From contig OZ365114.1 in assembly GCA_977030845.1 (NCBI GenBank), forward strand, positions 14,694,001 through 14,758,000: 64,000 bases of DNA. Direction: 5' to 3'. Below, piece after piece: positions 51,401 to 64,000 of the stretch (position 1 is the stretch's first letter; every line of letters starts with the position of its first letter). Origin of the DNA: Fimbriosthenelais zetlandica (taxonomy: Eukaryota). The notes under the pieces are model-generated. The model was not told where the DNA came from. It was given only the letters and a program-made list of their open reading frames with translations, and made no database searches. The position numbers and the translations under genes were made by a program.

Positions 51401-54014
51401 TAATAAGGTTTATTGGCTCATTTTGGAGCGATAGAAGGCTAGAATTCTGTTCCAGTCTGTGTCTGCGTTGGAGGGAACCTGTTGTGGGAAAGCATTTGCG
51501 TAGAAACCATTGCTGGGCCTACAGATGTAACGCCTGCTCGGATCTGACAAGCTCAGTGCAGTTTAAACACTGGGCTACAGAGAGCTGCTCTTCCCGAGCA
51601 TATCATAACCAGGCAATTTCATACATCTGAAGAGGTATTTGACAGGCAATGGGCGCAGTTGGCTTGCTCATATGAAAATCAATACAGGCCAAATGTCTTG
51701 AGATAAGGAATGGGGCAGGGTTGCCGATCACTCATACCCTCCCATTCAGATATTAGGACATAATCTAACGATAAAAACTATAGCAACCTCATGATTGTTA
51801 TAGATTCAAACGGTATCTTCTATAGTATTTGCAGCAATACTAATATAGGGTTCCCTAGACATGACGGCATGTACTTCTTTCTTGCCGAAAACTCGAAAAC
51901 TTGCATACTTAGTTAACCCCTGTTGGACTCATTCCTGGGTGCATGAAGCACTCCATTTAAAAACAGTGGAGGTGTTTAGGGCACAGGAGGAGGCCCCATT
52001 CAGGTGCTAAAATTACCATAAACATCGCTCCAATCATCAGCACACACTCGAGGAGCAAGCGTTCGGTGTATCTAAATAGAAAACCGTTCAGGATCGATCT
52101 GCGATGGAGGAACTGAAAAGCACTGAGTTTTGCCCTTCCACCTGGCTGCCTACATCAACACTGATTTGCAAGGACAGCAATTCCCAGTATTGAGTTGCAA
52201 ATCTGCTGCGGCACCCATAACGTATAATCTGGCTTTGAATGGAAATATCTTTTGTCCAAAGTGAACAAGTCGGCTACCTGGCATTTTAGCGTTGGGTAAC
52301 AGCGTGTCTCCCAGGCCAGTGGGCCGGAATGATGATCCGTTTAAATTGTCACCACTCGCTGAGCCTCTATGCTCTGAATTACAGACCATGCCGAGCAGCT
52401 AATGTTTTCCAGCTTGCATTTCATCTGTCCAAATAATCTCCTTATGTGCAAGTCCTCGACAAACCGCCAACAAAAAGGCAATTGGTTCTCCAGTTCAGAA
52501 CACTGTTTGAGTTTCACTAGGCTATAGCAAGAGTTTCATATAGCCAATATACGCCCAACCGCTTACCTCCCCTTAAGTTCTGATAATTACTCACAGGGAT
52601 GAGTTTATTTGCTTTCTGTGTTTTTATGTATTTCCCAATTACCTGCGGGATTGATTTCTGGCGTAATTACTCATGACTGAGTTAGTGATGAACACAGAAG
52701 CCTTTTATTGCACACGAGACCATTTATGTGCAATTAAAATGCCAAGGAAAGTGAGATAAAGAATCATTTCTTGTCTCAGACATTGGCCAAAGTAGGCACA
52801 ATGTGAAAAGATGTGATTTTGACTAACAAATATTGGGGGAGAACAGGAGGCAAACGAGAACATGTGTGCCTTTTCTATTACCTACTTCCCTCAAATTCTG
52901 TCATAGAGGCCTACTAAAGTAGGTAATGTAGGCTTAGATTTTTGGTCCTACGAAACTAGGCCTACAATGGACATAGGAATATTTTTGTTGAATCAAGCCA
53001 AGGTAGTTCCACTTTAGTAATACCCAAAAGTTGGACAAACATATTTCAATCTTACATTTCGGAAGTAGGACAGTCCCACATTAGGACTAAGCTACTTCAA
53101 TCCAGTCAGAATTCTATCATTCAGGGCTAACTAATCCTTTTGTCAATTAACCTCATATTTCCTTTTGTTAGGGAAGGCATTAGGCCTACTATGACTTCAG
53201 GGAAAGGAGATTTAATAGTCATTGTGATGAAATAGCAATTTTATACCATGCAACACGACTGCGAGCTGCATCTCTACATGGGTAGCCTACCCCATTGATA
53301 GACAAGAATTCTAGAAGCTTTTGTAAACTTTAATTAAGACAACCAACTCACAAAAACTTAATCCCCTCCCGCCTGCAGCGGGTGGAAGCACTCAATGTTT
53401 GCTCATATAATTAATGTGACCAAAAATCAACGGTAGTGGCTCCGAGGAAAGCAGGCGTGGGGCCCCACCCCCAGCGATAAGCTATGTAAAAACAACCCCT
53501 CAAGTAAGATAAAATGCTTATCGGAGTTTTCGCACCCTCCTCTACATAAAACAGCAAGCACGATTAAAAACGAGATGTGGATCATTTAGGACATCTCTAC
53601 AAGGTCTGCGCAAATAAGATTAAATTTCCTGTCCGGGGATCAGTCTTAAAAGTTAATGTATTGTTTTATGTCGGTGCATTATTATTACTGCCATGCAGCT
53701 TGACCTGGGAAAATGATTAGTTCTGGAGTTATATCTGGAATGGCAGAGCAGAATGCCATAATCACCGAGATGAAGAATAGTGCATAAGAGAATCAGCATT
53801 CTGTAAAGGGTCGCTGTTTTTCTTCTGGTAACCCTCTTGAGTAGTATAAGGAAATGATAAACAGGCACAAGCAACATAAATCCAAAGTCAGATCTCTCAC
53901 TGGACAGAATGGTAGCCTACATTGCAATGCATCAGATATGTATGAGATGTTATATGGAGCCGACCTTGGAGCTCGGTATTTCAGGTTGGTTTAAGCTCAT
54001 TAATTAACTGTATA

Positions 54015-54468
54015 TGCTCATAACTGTTGAGAAATGATTATAGCTGTTATGAACTGTTCCTCATTCTGCCTTAACATAACTCCCCTCGATTTGTTTTATT
54101 ATCCCATGGAATACATCGAAATAGCAAAACTGGGGTATGGACGATTGTTATGGGCAATTGAAGACAACTTGCTCAGAACTGCTCATAAGTAATTATAACT
54201 GTTATGAACTTCTTCTGTCCAACTTCATCTTCTTCTCCGCCTCTTTCTCTTTTCTCTCAGATAAATGACAGAAAGGGAGGTCAGTGGTACTTTAGGGCTC
54301 TGAGCACTTACATTTGGGTCGCTAAGTTCAAGATCCCTTTCTCTCTTTATCCATAGATAAAAATATCAACACGAATGGGAAAAATAATACATTAGCGGTC
54401 CCAAGGCTTCCTTTGACCTGACAATCTGCTCATAACTGCTCAGAAATGATTATAGCTGTTATGAACTG
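54015..54468 (+). repeat. Three dispersed copies of a ~42-bp motif
   Basis: TGCTCATAACTG(T/C)T(G/C)AGAAATGATTATAGCTGTTATGAACTG at 54015 and 54427; a diverged copy at 54170-54210. Confidence 0.85.
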
Positions 54469-55055
54469 CTAATGACTAGTACTCCCTTCTCTAACTCTTC
54501 TTTTTCCTTCTACCACTTTTCTTATTATACCATGGCACAAGTGAAACTAGCAGAAGAGGCCCGTTTCATCTCAAATATTCACGATAATAGAAAGGCTTTT
54601 ATTCGGAAAGAATTCCGCATAATCCACATCGACAGCAAGAATGCAAATACAAATCATTATTACTCGTCCACAGTTGCATTCATCAACAAGCATTGATACA
54701 CTTATAGTATAAGTCCTACCAGTGTATGGATATAATACAACTTTGAGATTAATTCAGCAAAGACGTGGCGAGCAAGGCGGTCACTGCATCATGGTAGCTG
54801 CCCTATTTGGAACAGCGGGCATGACAAATTAGTTGTGATAGACGCTTGCGCAAGCCTCCTTAAAGCATCAGGGAAGCCCGTCTTGGAAATATGTTTAGCC
54901 TTGCTGTATGTCATTCTTGTCAGTTCTGGCAAATCAATCAGAGCATGTGTATGCCTGCACTACACGACGATAATCCTACCACCCCGAACACACAGGGCCA
55001 TGGGATTCAGCAGGGGTAAAACATCTGAAGTGACAATATATACTGTGAATGCACA

Positions 55056-57100
55056 ATGTGGCCAACAAGGATGAAGTGGAAGGGGTGCAAGAAGCAAGCC
55101 CTTAATCTCCTCAGCTGGCATCTGCAGGAAGGAGAAGCGCCAAGGGAAGAGATTATGATGGCAGGAGCTGATTTCTCATCCATGTTAGCTGAAGTGATTA
55201 TATATTCCCTAAGCCTTTACACAAGACTCGAAGGACTACAATTAAGGGGCAGTCTACTGCAAGATAATTGCCATTTGACCGATTATTCACTGGCTTAATC
55301 ATAAATAGACTGTCGATTATACACAGCTGAATGCTTAGCGAAGACACTGACTAGCATGCCTTTCATAATTTTCTTCCGATTGGCAAGACATTTACGGATG
55401 ACTAGACTGTTCTTTTAAGCATCATAGCTGACGAAATAGGAAGAGCTATTAGGCGGACTAATACAACTCCAGCATACAGTGATTATGCACACTGGCCACA
55501 CACAATGCACTGGTAGAGCTCCGCCAAGGATTCAAGTCCATCAAAATCTCATGAATGAATGAGTGGTGACTCACGGTAGATGGCCAGATAATGGGATGAG
55601 GATGGACAGGAATAAAAATGCTCCCCGGCATTCATCCCGATCCCCAGAACACTAAGAGGGTCTATAGGAGGGCTGCTGTTGTCCCCCTCTCTCTCTCTCT
55701 CTCCTCTCTACCATTATGGCCTTAGCCTCCGGGCTCCCACAGTTGTCCTCCGTGAGCAATGAATGCCATCACTGGGTCTGAGTAGGAAGTATTTAACAGA
55801 GTTTTGGGAAAGTCATCATAGCTCTGAAGGTTCCTTATTCCTGGCTATTGCTGTCATCTTCTAGACATGACATGAAATAGTGATATTGTGCCCTAAAATA
55901 ATAAAGTTAATTGAAACTGAATCATTATTATAAGTACTCCGAAATCTCAACAAATCAGGATGGGCTTTTCTACGTAAAAAGTTTTAGAACACTTGACATT
56001 CGACTATGACTCAGTCTTGTTAATTTCAATAGACCTACTTACAGACCCATTGATCTCTTCCTACAGGAAGCAAGTAGAGGTCAAGCGTGGAACACTTGGC
56101 AAAGGCATATTCGATGGACATCCAGTCCTGAGTAAATAAAACTAAAAGTCAGCGCCTTCGTAAGCAATTACTACACAGCTGGGACAAGGAAATTACTGTT
56201 CCTATACTCTTATTTTCCCTGGCTCACCCCTCTGCCCACTTGTCCAGTCATATTCTACACAGTCTTGTTGACACAGTATAATGGCACATAATTTTGGAAG
56301 GGCCTGCACGGGAAAAGATAGAAAACTTATCCTCCCTAATGGAGGGGATCCAGCTAAGAAGTATGCCGGGACACGGCAGTGTGAAAGGCCAAATTTCCCG
56401 GCGTACGAGGAATGTGGTGGGATCATAAAGGGTCTAAAGTGTAAATCAGGAGCAATGCTGCCTGGCTTCCACTATACTTGGGTAGCTCCACTGGGTTCCT
56501 TTTCCTTGCAAAAGATGATATTTTGTGGCTAGTATAATATATTATATGCCACACCAATTGCAAATAGAGCACAGTACAAGTAACACATTTTTGTTTGTCC
56601 AGGACTTGTTGTATCTTGGATTTAGGAAGTACTTTGGACTCAAACGTTGTTTCTGGCCACTGATTGGCCATTCCGCGATGACAACGACTGGTAATCACAA
56701 ATAGAGAGTAGGTTGCTGCTGGCACAGCCGCCAATAAGCACCCCTAACAAAATTAATACCAAGTCTCTGCTAGTGCAGTGACACTTGCAGCAGATGTGGC
56801 AGTTGCAGCAGAAAGCCAGCTGAATTCAAGAACAATAATCAGCTTCAGTTTCACAGTGGAAAATATAAGGATGCATACAATATTCAGGGCTATAAAGTCG
56901 CTGCAAGTATCAACTGTACCACCTGCTGATGGGGGTGCTATTCGCGAAGGTTCCCCTGTACATTATGAAGATTGTCTCTCCTATCCCAAGGGGTATATTC
57001 CACCTACATATTGCAACAAATCCTGGACTGTCGCCTTGGAAATCCTCTTAAGAATCAGTTGCTATAATGATCCCTTTTTATGCGCTCCTAGGTAATGCCT
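55056..57100 (+). mobile_element. Possible plus-strand LINE ORF2 relic
   Basis: EEIMMAGADFS (cf. IILAGDFN), YEECGGIIKGLKCKS (cf. EEV..AIK.LK), GAIREGSP (cf. G.RQG.P) in the expected order. Weak. Confidence 0.25.
55687..55709 (+). repeat. (CT)n microsatellite
   Basis: ctctctctctctctctcctctct. Confidence 0.9.
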
Positions 57101-58055
57101 ATAGCCGAGAAAGCCATCAATATGGCTATGTACGCATGATGGTCGCAGAAGATGCATGGCATGAATATAACCACAAAATGTGGAGAGAGAGAAAAAGAGA
57201 TACATGGTATCATTTCCACTTTATTTTTTTTTCAATTTCATTAACGTTGGATTTGTTGCCCCTCATTAAAATGATTTTAACAATGGCTCTTTTTTATGAG
57301 CTATCCATTTACAGGAGACAATACTTGTGGCTACCCCAAAATGTTATCTTATTTTGAGTAGGTTTTAATAATTAGAAAAAAAAACGGAGAAGAAAGAAGA
57401 AATCAGATTGATAGTGCTTAGTTAAACTTTTGGGTTAATAATGTATCTACGACGGATTCTGCCTCTGACGTTGCACTGCGAACGAGCAAACAATTAAACC
57501 CATGTACTCGGTATTGTATATAGCATGACTTGCATGACAGGTCCCTATCCCAAACGCCAAATCAAACACACGAAATTAGGGGATTGCCAACCACATGAGA
57601 TAAATCCTTGTCCAAACCTTGTGCTCAGGGGTACTCATGTCATCTTCGACCTACATGATTTCTTGGCATTCATGCGACGCCAGAGGGAATACTAAAGATG
57701 GAGGGCAATATTATAGTGAACGCCAGTAAATATGAAAGACGATATGAGGCCAAAAGAACAATGGAATACAAGTATCTATACAAGTGATGTAGGATGGCGT
57801 CAAATTCCCAGGTACACCAATGCCTCACACGTTTCATATTTCTCATTTTTTCTTTCCACTGTTCATTAGTGATACATGTGTCTTTGATTAAACAAAGGTC
57901 ATATATATTATCATTCACCTATCTATGCATTATACCCATCCACATAGGATATAACAGAAAGGTTTTCATATTCATGAATGTACATACTCACATAGTCTAG
58001 ATAGGCTATTTTGCTATTTTATTTTTTCCCCATGTTTGTGTCAGCAAATGCACAT

Positions 58056-58071
58056 CCCCCCCCCCCCCCCC
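58056..58071 (+). repeat. Poly-C run (16 nt)
   Basis: Directly visible. Confidence 0.9.
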
Positions 58072-58269
58072 ACAGACTCCAACAACTAGTATAGGCAGTA
58101 CAATGACATTTGCCTCAAGTTAAAGCGAAAATAGGGAACTTCCAATAATTATTATGGAACAGGTTATAGGAATCCCCACAGGATCATCAGGGGTAGTAGG
58201 CCTACAATATTTGAAAGGAGTGAATTTGCATTGCATTGAGAGCACTCCGACACTGTGGTTGGCATGAGA

Positions 58270-58480
58270 GCGATAAAACAGAGATTAAGAACTCCCCGCC
58301 GGACTGCCATGACCCTTCATGCCATTCCTTACCCCACATACCAAACACTAGGCACTCTTAGTCCGAATCTCAATCTCCTTAACGCCCAACTTGATTCTCT
58401 ACAGTAAGACCTTGATCCTGACCTAGATTCCCCTCGCCGGAAACAGATTGTTCGGGCGCTAAGGGCAGTCATCCTCTCAA
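58270..58480 (-). mobile_element. Possible L1/Tx1 ORF1 zinc-knuckle relic
   Basis: GI*VRIKVLL..IKLGVKEIEIRTKSA*CLVCG...GH resembles G.R.VR.KL...IG...I.VRY.GQ..C..CG..GH. Confidence 0.3.
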
Positions 58481-59299
58481 TCCCAGAGTTCCTAGGTGGA
58501 TATCAAGAGAAAACCAACAATGGATGGGAGGCTGGGCGACCTCAACCTTAAAGCACTTTGCCAGTGCTTCCTGCCCCGCCCAAGAAGTGAAACCTTCGAG
58601 GCATGATCACGGAGCAACCGAGGCTGAATTCTGCTGGGCTTTGAACTCTTCTTCACCGCATGACATGCATGAAGCCTTAAATTTGGTTGATGGTTTGGTG
58701 CCAATCTCCTGATTAGCGCGCCTTCTGTATAAGCTCAGCACTTATTTTTATCGCTACGTTCGTGCAAGGCAACCAGCAAAGTCTCTTTACAGTACAGGGG
58801 TCAAATAAATGGACTATGCATGTCCTGTCTTCTGTTATACTGTCATACATTTTCCTTTTTTGCTTCTGTAGAACGCATTGCAGATGGAGGGAATCCGCAG
58901 CAATGATTTAAAGCACCAAAACCGGAAGGTGTCTGTTATTTCTCTTGATAGAATGCATGTCATGGCTTTTTTATACCATTAGATACAAGGAGATGTGGAT
59001 GATGTAGTTCATGTGGTTTACCAGATATATAATATTCTGAGCATGCTCCACAAAACCTGTATACCCTGGGTCGAGCACAGAAAGACCATCCCTATACAAA
59101 GCATGTATACACTCTTTGTTGCGGGAGGGTATTGCGCTTGTGGCATCGACACATCATTTAGAGACCATTTCATCACAATATATCTGCAGCAAAATGCCTA
59201 GTGTGCTTTTGTGAATAGGAGAGACTGGCTGGTGTTTCTGTTGCTGCTGCGTTTGTTCCATTGTCTGCCATCTATACGCCTGCCAAAGATCAGTCCAGG

Positions 59300-59950
59300 C
59301 ACATTGAGCCCAGTCTGGGATGCAATCTCTGGTAGCACTCTCTCCGTCCACAATGCACTATTTACTCTCTGGCTTGCCTTCTACGCTGGCTTCCACTAAC
59401 TTACGCCTTCTGCTAGTGTACCCGATATTTTCGCCCACAAAACACACATGAATTATAAAGTAGGTATAATTACGTGGTGCTGCAGAAAGACGCAGGGTCT
59501 CACATAGAGAGCTCGTCTTCACTCTGTATTGATATGTGCTTTGGGAGGCAAAACCTGGCCTGTCCTGTGCAGCATGAACATAGCATTCTCCTACTTCTAG
59601 GGGTTCATGTGGTTCAATTTTGGGGTCCATCGTTATTTCTCTTATGGCAACCGTACAATTATATGAGGTCTACAACCTATTCGCCAGTCCTTGTCAGCTA
59701 TACATTTACAATTTGTGAAGTACTCACTAATTTTGACCAATGGGCGGGTTAGAGAACCCCAGTTGGCTTGCAGAAACAAATTCTGCTCGCCAAAACGTCA
59801 AGATTGCAGAAGGGGAGAATCTCTTTGGAACACATTATGCTCCTCAGGTTTGCCGAGTGTCTGCAGCATAGCGCAACACACCATTGTTGAGGAAGAAATT
59901 CATGTACAAGGACAAGCAATAACAGTACTTCCACATTTAAAGATTATGGG
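59300..59950 (-). mobile_element. Penelope-like element relic (RT thumb plus GIY-YIG)
   Basis: KEILPFCNLDVLASR..CKPT (cf. LPFLDVLV.R...RKPT), followed downstream by NYTYFIIHVCFVGENIGYTSR (cf. N.VY.I.C..C...YIG.T.R). Confidence 0.6.
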
Positions 59951-60692
59951 CATTCTATATTACAGTTCATGACATAGGAGTATAAAACTAAGATGATCCT
60001 AGTATGAACAATGATGTGATCAGATGCATCTGGACCTGCGCATCCATGGGTCTCGAGTCCCAGAAGAAGATGTCAGTTGCTTCTGAAAATTACCAGATGC
60101 TTCTATTAATGTCCCTACTTCAGTACATACTGGGACTAGTGGCTGATGATGAGAATACATCCCATACTTGCATCCATTAAGCAATAAAACATCCTATTAG
60201 AATATTTTATTGCCTGGAGAGACTGCTAAACAGGACCAGCTCTTCTTGTCATTTCAGAAAGTAGAGTCAATTTAGTGCTCTCAGCTCATGCCGCTAGGAT
60301 TGAAAGATTGACTTGTTTTAATAAATTCGAAGTTTCTATAACACTTTTAGGAATCACGGACACCTCAAAAAATATCTTTTGCACAAAAGGATATTTAGAT
60401 TCAACAACGTGTTTTCTGCAGAATTATTACACAAATTATAAAAGTGTCCATTTATCATATTCCCTCTCTTAGAGCAGGAAATTACGTTATCTTATCTCCA
60501 GTGTAAAGGCAATGCTTTGACTTCCAGGCATGCAGTGAATACTTCTGTCTTAGGCCCCTTGCTTTCTCTTCTCCGGCTCAGACCTTTGAGATATTAATTC
60601 TCCTCATATCCGGTCATAATTCACACCCAACTATGAATATTTTATCAACCCAGATAGGGATTTATAACAGCCTTCCTGGCTGCTACAATCTG

Positions 60693-60986
60693 CTACATTA
60701 TAACAAGGCAGGACCCATTCCACATACAAGTGGGTGTTGAGGTGGGCGATGTTGGGGTGGGCAACATATTAAGAACTGTAATACTGTGAAGGAAATTCAT
60801 AGATGGATTCATGAATTCATAATTCCTTTTATCAATTAGTGTATTGCTGTACATGGCTTGGTAAACCGATGTAATGTCTGTTTGAGCAAATGAGCTCAAA
60901 TGAGTACAGAAAAATACTGACATTTTCTTGCAGCGACAGTCAAATGCCTTTTGTATCACATTATCACATGGTCCTCTGTCAAGCAA
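60693..60986 (-). mobile_element. LINE RT relic
   Basis: VIQKAFDC (cf. D.KAFD.V) and WNGSCL (cf. PQGS.L) at RT-like spacing. Confidence 0.45.
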
Positions 60987-62383
60987 TATAACAAGAAACC
61001 TTAGATCAATCGAGAGCTTTAATTTATAGCAATCACAAGCCTAATGGCCATGGAAATAACATAAAGTCATCGAGGAACCTATCAATGGAGACATCAAAAC
61101 ATGTGCCTGACACCCATACCACCTGCGGTCAACAACCGACCCACACGCTGCTTAGACTAGGACGCAGTGGTAGGCAATGAGAAGTGTGATGTTACCAATA
61201 GCCAGAGGCAATCTGTCTTTCTGTCATCCTTCTCTGCCACTTTCCTCTGTATTGCTGGGTGGGTGGGTAGCTATACTATATAGTCTCCAGGGTTTAAACT
61301 GTCCACACATCCGTTCCTCCAACTTCCCACTAACTAAAGCTTTTGAGACATTAGAAAAGGCACTGTCAGTTGAATCACAGATCTAGGTGAAATCACCTTA
61401 ATTGAACTCAAGCCCGTATTCAGACCACTGCCACCGATGTCATAGTAGGCCTATCGGTCACACTCATCAAGCATTGATAGGCATCTGTCAAAAAAGGTTC
61501 AAAAATGTTTTTATCATAAATGAATTAAATGTATTGCCTTGAAACTGAAAATGTATCATTCAGATTGTGGGTCTGGATCTGGGCCTAGAACTCACCGGTC
61601 CTCTGCTCTGTTTATTTCTATTCCTTCTCAAAATTCAATTTGTTTTCCTTTGTTTTAGAAACAAACTCACTTAGGTCTAGGAGCTCAAGGGCAAAGCGTA
61701 TTATTATGGGTGTAACCAAATCCAAGGGTCAACCCCCTTAACACTTGACGGTACAAGTGTACAAGGTTAGCTGCCCTTTTGTCCATGGGAGTTCCCATAG
61801 GGTCATAGGGGTCAGGGAAAGCCTTTCACTAGGTCACTTCACTGAACCTAGATGATCTGAGAGTACACATAACAAACCATGTATTACAGGTACTTTTACA
61901 GTGTAGCCTCAGTACAAGCATATAGCCGTTTGGTGGTGGGCGTGCAGGAAAAGGGGTGGGTGGGTTGGCAAGGTGCAATAATGTTGATTGATAGTTGCCA
62001 AACCGCCCTCTAAAATGGTCAATTATTAGTATTTGTGCATTAGTCGGAGTGAGGAATAATTCAAATTAGCTTTTGACACGTAGTCATTTTCCAATCGACG
62101 TCAGATCCAATGGTCTACCCCATATATCACATTATGTGAATGGCACATTAAAGTGTGACGCCGCTAACCAGGACACAACATGTTGCGATTAGAAAATAAT
62201 AGGTTAGTTTTAGCGCCGGCTAAACGCGCTACTTTGGAAGTATGTCCACGGACATGGCACCGGTTGTGTTGCCCTTCAGCGTTTCTATACGAAAAACACT
62301 CTGTTGTCGCATCACAAAGAAATGTAATTATGATTCAACAGTAGCTGCGAACAAGCCCAGCAGAAGGGGAACATTAATCAAGG

Positions 62384-62990
62384 TCACCTTCCAATATTGC
62401 ACAGCATGAGTTGGCAAAAGCCTTGGGGCAGGTGTTCTGTCATGCCTATTAGATTACAAGTGCAACGCTCGAGGGCTCCACTAGTAACTACCCAGCTCTG
62501 ACTTCTTGACCATTTGAAGGAACACTGAACCGTGGGTAGCTTCTTAAAAAGGTACAAAGGACAATGAAGTGCGAACAATAAAATGGATAGGTAGAGCCCA
62601 TCTTAAAGGCGCTTGGTATTTTAGCCATATCCGTTAACTTTAGCTACAGCCATTATTGATGAAAGGAGAGGATGTCACCCGGGAAAAGATATGTTTTAGG
62701 GCTGCATTGGGGAAACACAAAAGATCATAAAACTTGGACCTGTTCTCCAGAGATAATGGCACACAATGTATCTGAGCTATGCTTGTTTGTAAAGCAGAGT
62801 ATGGAACGATAAGGATTGCTATCAGGTTACTGTACCAACTATACAGAGAACAATGCCTCTCTTGCTTGGAAAGAAAAGGGAAGGTTGAATGTAAGGCCAA
62901 CGGTTCAGTTCTCAATGTCCGCAAGCAAGTGATACCCAGGATGTCTGCCCTCGTGTGATTGGAAATGGATACAAATGGTCTAAACAAATG
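62384..62990 (-). mobile_element. Ty3/Gypsy integrase core relic
   Basis: HCVPL...AALKHIFSRVTSSPFINNG (cf. EA.PL...AL..IFSRVG.P..I.SD.G), then TSGALERCTCNLIGM (cf. TNG.VERFN.TL..M). Confidence 0.6.
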
Positions 62991-64000
62991 GCGCTGATTG
63001 GGATACTTGTAAACTCCCGTAGAAGAACCCCATTAAACGTGTGAGTGAATTCCCCGCCTGAGGCAAATTGCAACTCCATTGTGCTACTTGAAGTTCAATT
63101 GAAGGCAGCAAATGCGAACGTCTTGCCTATTTCAACTGCATTTATCCAACGGTGAAGGCCAATAAATCTTGGTATCCGCTTTTGTTAGGGAAGCAGTAAT
63201 TCAGGTAAAAAATGTGTAAACTGTATAAATCTTAGCCTCCTGCCAATCACTATTAAAGCCGAGGTGTGATACTAATCTCGGGATATCAATGGCGGCTTAT
63301 CATTGCTTCCCCTTCACAACACATTGTCCATTGTTTAAGGAAACTAATTGGTTTAATATATAATACTTACTGTCATCTCTTAGAACTGATAGACACGGGT
63401 GGCTGGGGCTTTCATGAACAAGTGAAAAAGCACGGATGCGATAAACTCTGCTTCGCTACTCATTACATCACCCGGGCATATATACATTGATGGCGGCAAT
63501 ATAAATGCAAATTTCAAACAGCACTGCTTCAGGGATCTTCCTCTTAAAAGTCCCATGCCTTTTGGGATCTGTCCCTCCAGGCTAGCAAAAAAACCACAGA
63601 CCGGTGAATTCAAAATATGCTGGAGCAGTGGAACAGCGATGAAATATTTGTTTTTAATAGGAAAAAATAGTTCCTCATATGGCCAGGGAATGACATTTTC
63701 TCTGCTGCTTTATATACATTGGCGCACTACGGGAATGAATTGAACCAGGGAGCAATAAACTGAAATAGACCTGAGCCAGGAGGGCATTAGATATCCATTA
63801 ATCACACTTTATTTCCCTGATCAAGCTCCGGGCCTAATTAATGGCCAGCTTCTTGACTTTTTACAACGTATCAATTTGCATGTTTTTCATATAACAACAT
63901 AGTTCATACTGAAGCCAGAGATGGTTTTGCAACAGGCCGACTAATGTTTCATTGAAGAGGTTGAATATATAGAAGCTATGCACTTGATACAAAATTGCTT

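Noticed and set aside
52150-52470. Tc1/mariner transposase (IIWTDE...HRGS)
   Set aside because: The later catalytic Asp/Glu motifs are not recognisable; the match is too weak.
57670-57918. GPCR/multi-pass membrane-like ORF
   Set aside because: No convincing splice sites; another frame reads like a CR1 C-terminus (YLGI...LHL.YSLW).
63380-63613. Ty1/copia RNase H motif (SSEAEFIA)
   Set aside because: Single short motif with no supporting copia RT; the adjacent sequence is Gypsy-like.

Overview
This is eukaryotic (metazoan) genomic DNA of moderate AT richness. It has no long intact ORF, operon, rRNA, tRNA or CRISPR array. Nearly all listed ORFs are chance ORFs or pieces of decayed transposons. 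By-eye motif reading of the six frames finds about 10 separate Ty3/Gypsy pol/integrase relics, about 10 LINE relics (CR1/L2-, L1/Tx1- and RTE-like), two Penelope-like relics, and weaker Harbinger- and DIRS-like fragments. About 21 of the ~23 orientable relics lie on the minus strand. The plus strand carries promoter-like islands (~3.0-3.4 kb, ~16.5-17.0 kb) and orphan splice signals. This layout resembles a uni-strand, flamenco-like piRNA cluster or TE trap; that is an inference needing small-RNA data. Younger intact features are a 3.3-kb non-autonomous CCCAG-terminal EnSpm/CACTA-type element (2-bp TSD, 92-bp tandem array, internal inverted copy of its own right arm) and two MITEs near 46 kb. 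Only one convincing host exon is visible: a 154-bp minus-strand transmembrane exon at 42458-42611. TAGGCCTA is enriched, which I associate from memory with echinoderm-type genomes (unverified). All TE family calls are manual motif matches in degenerate frames, not database hits, and their boundaries are approximate.
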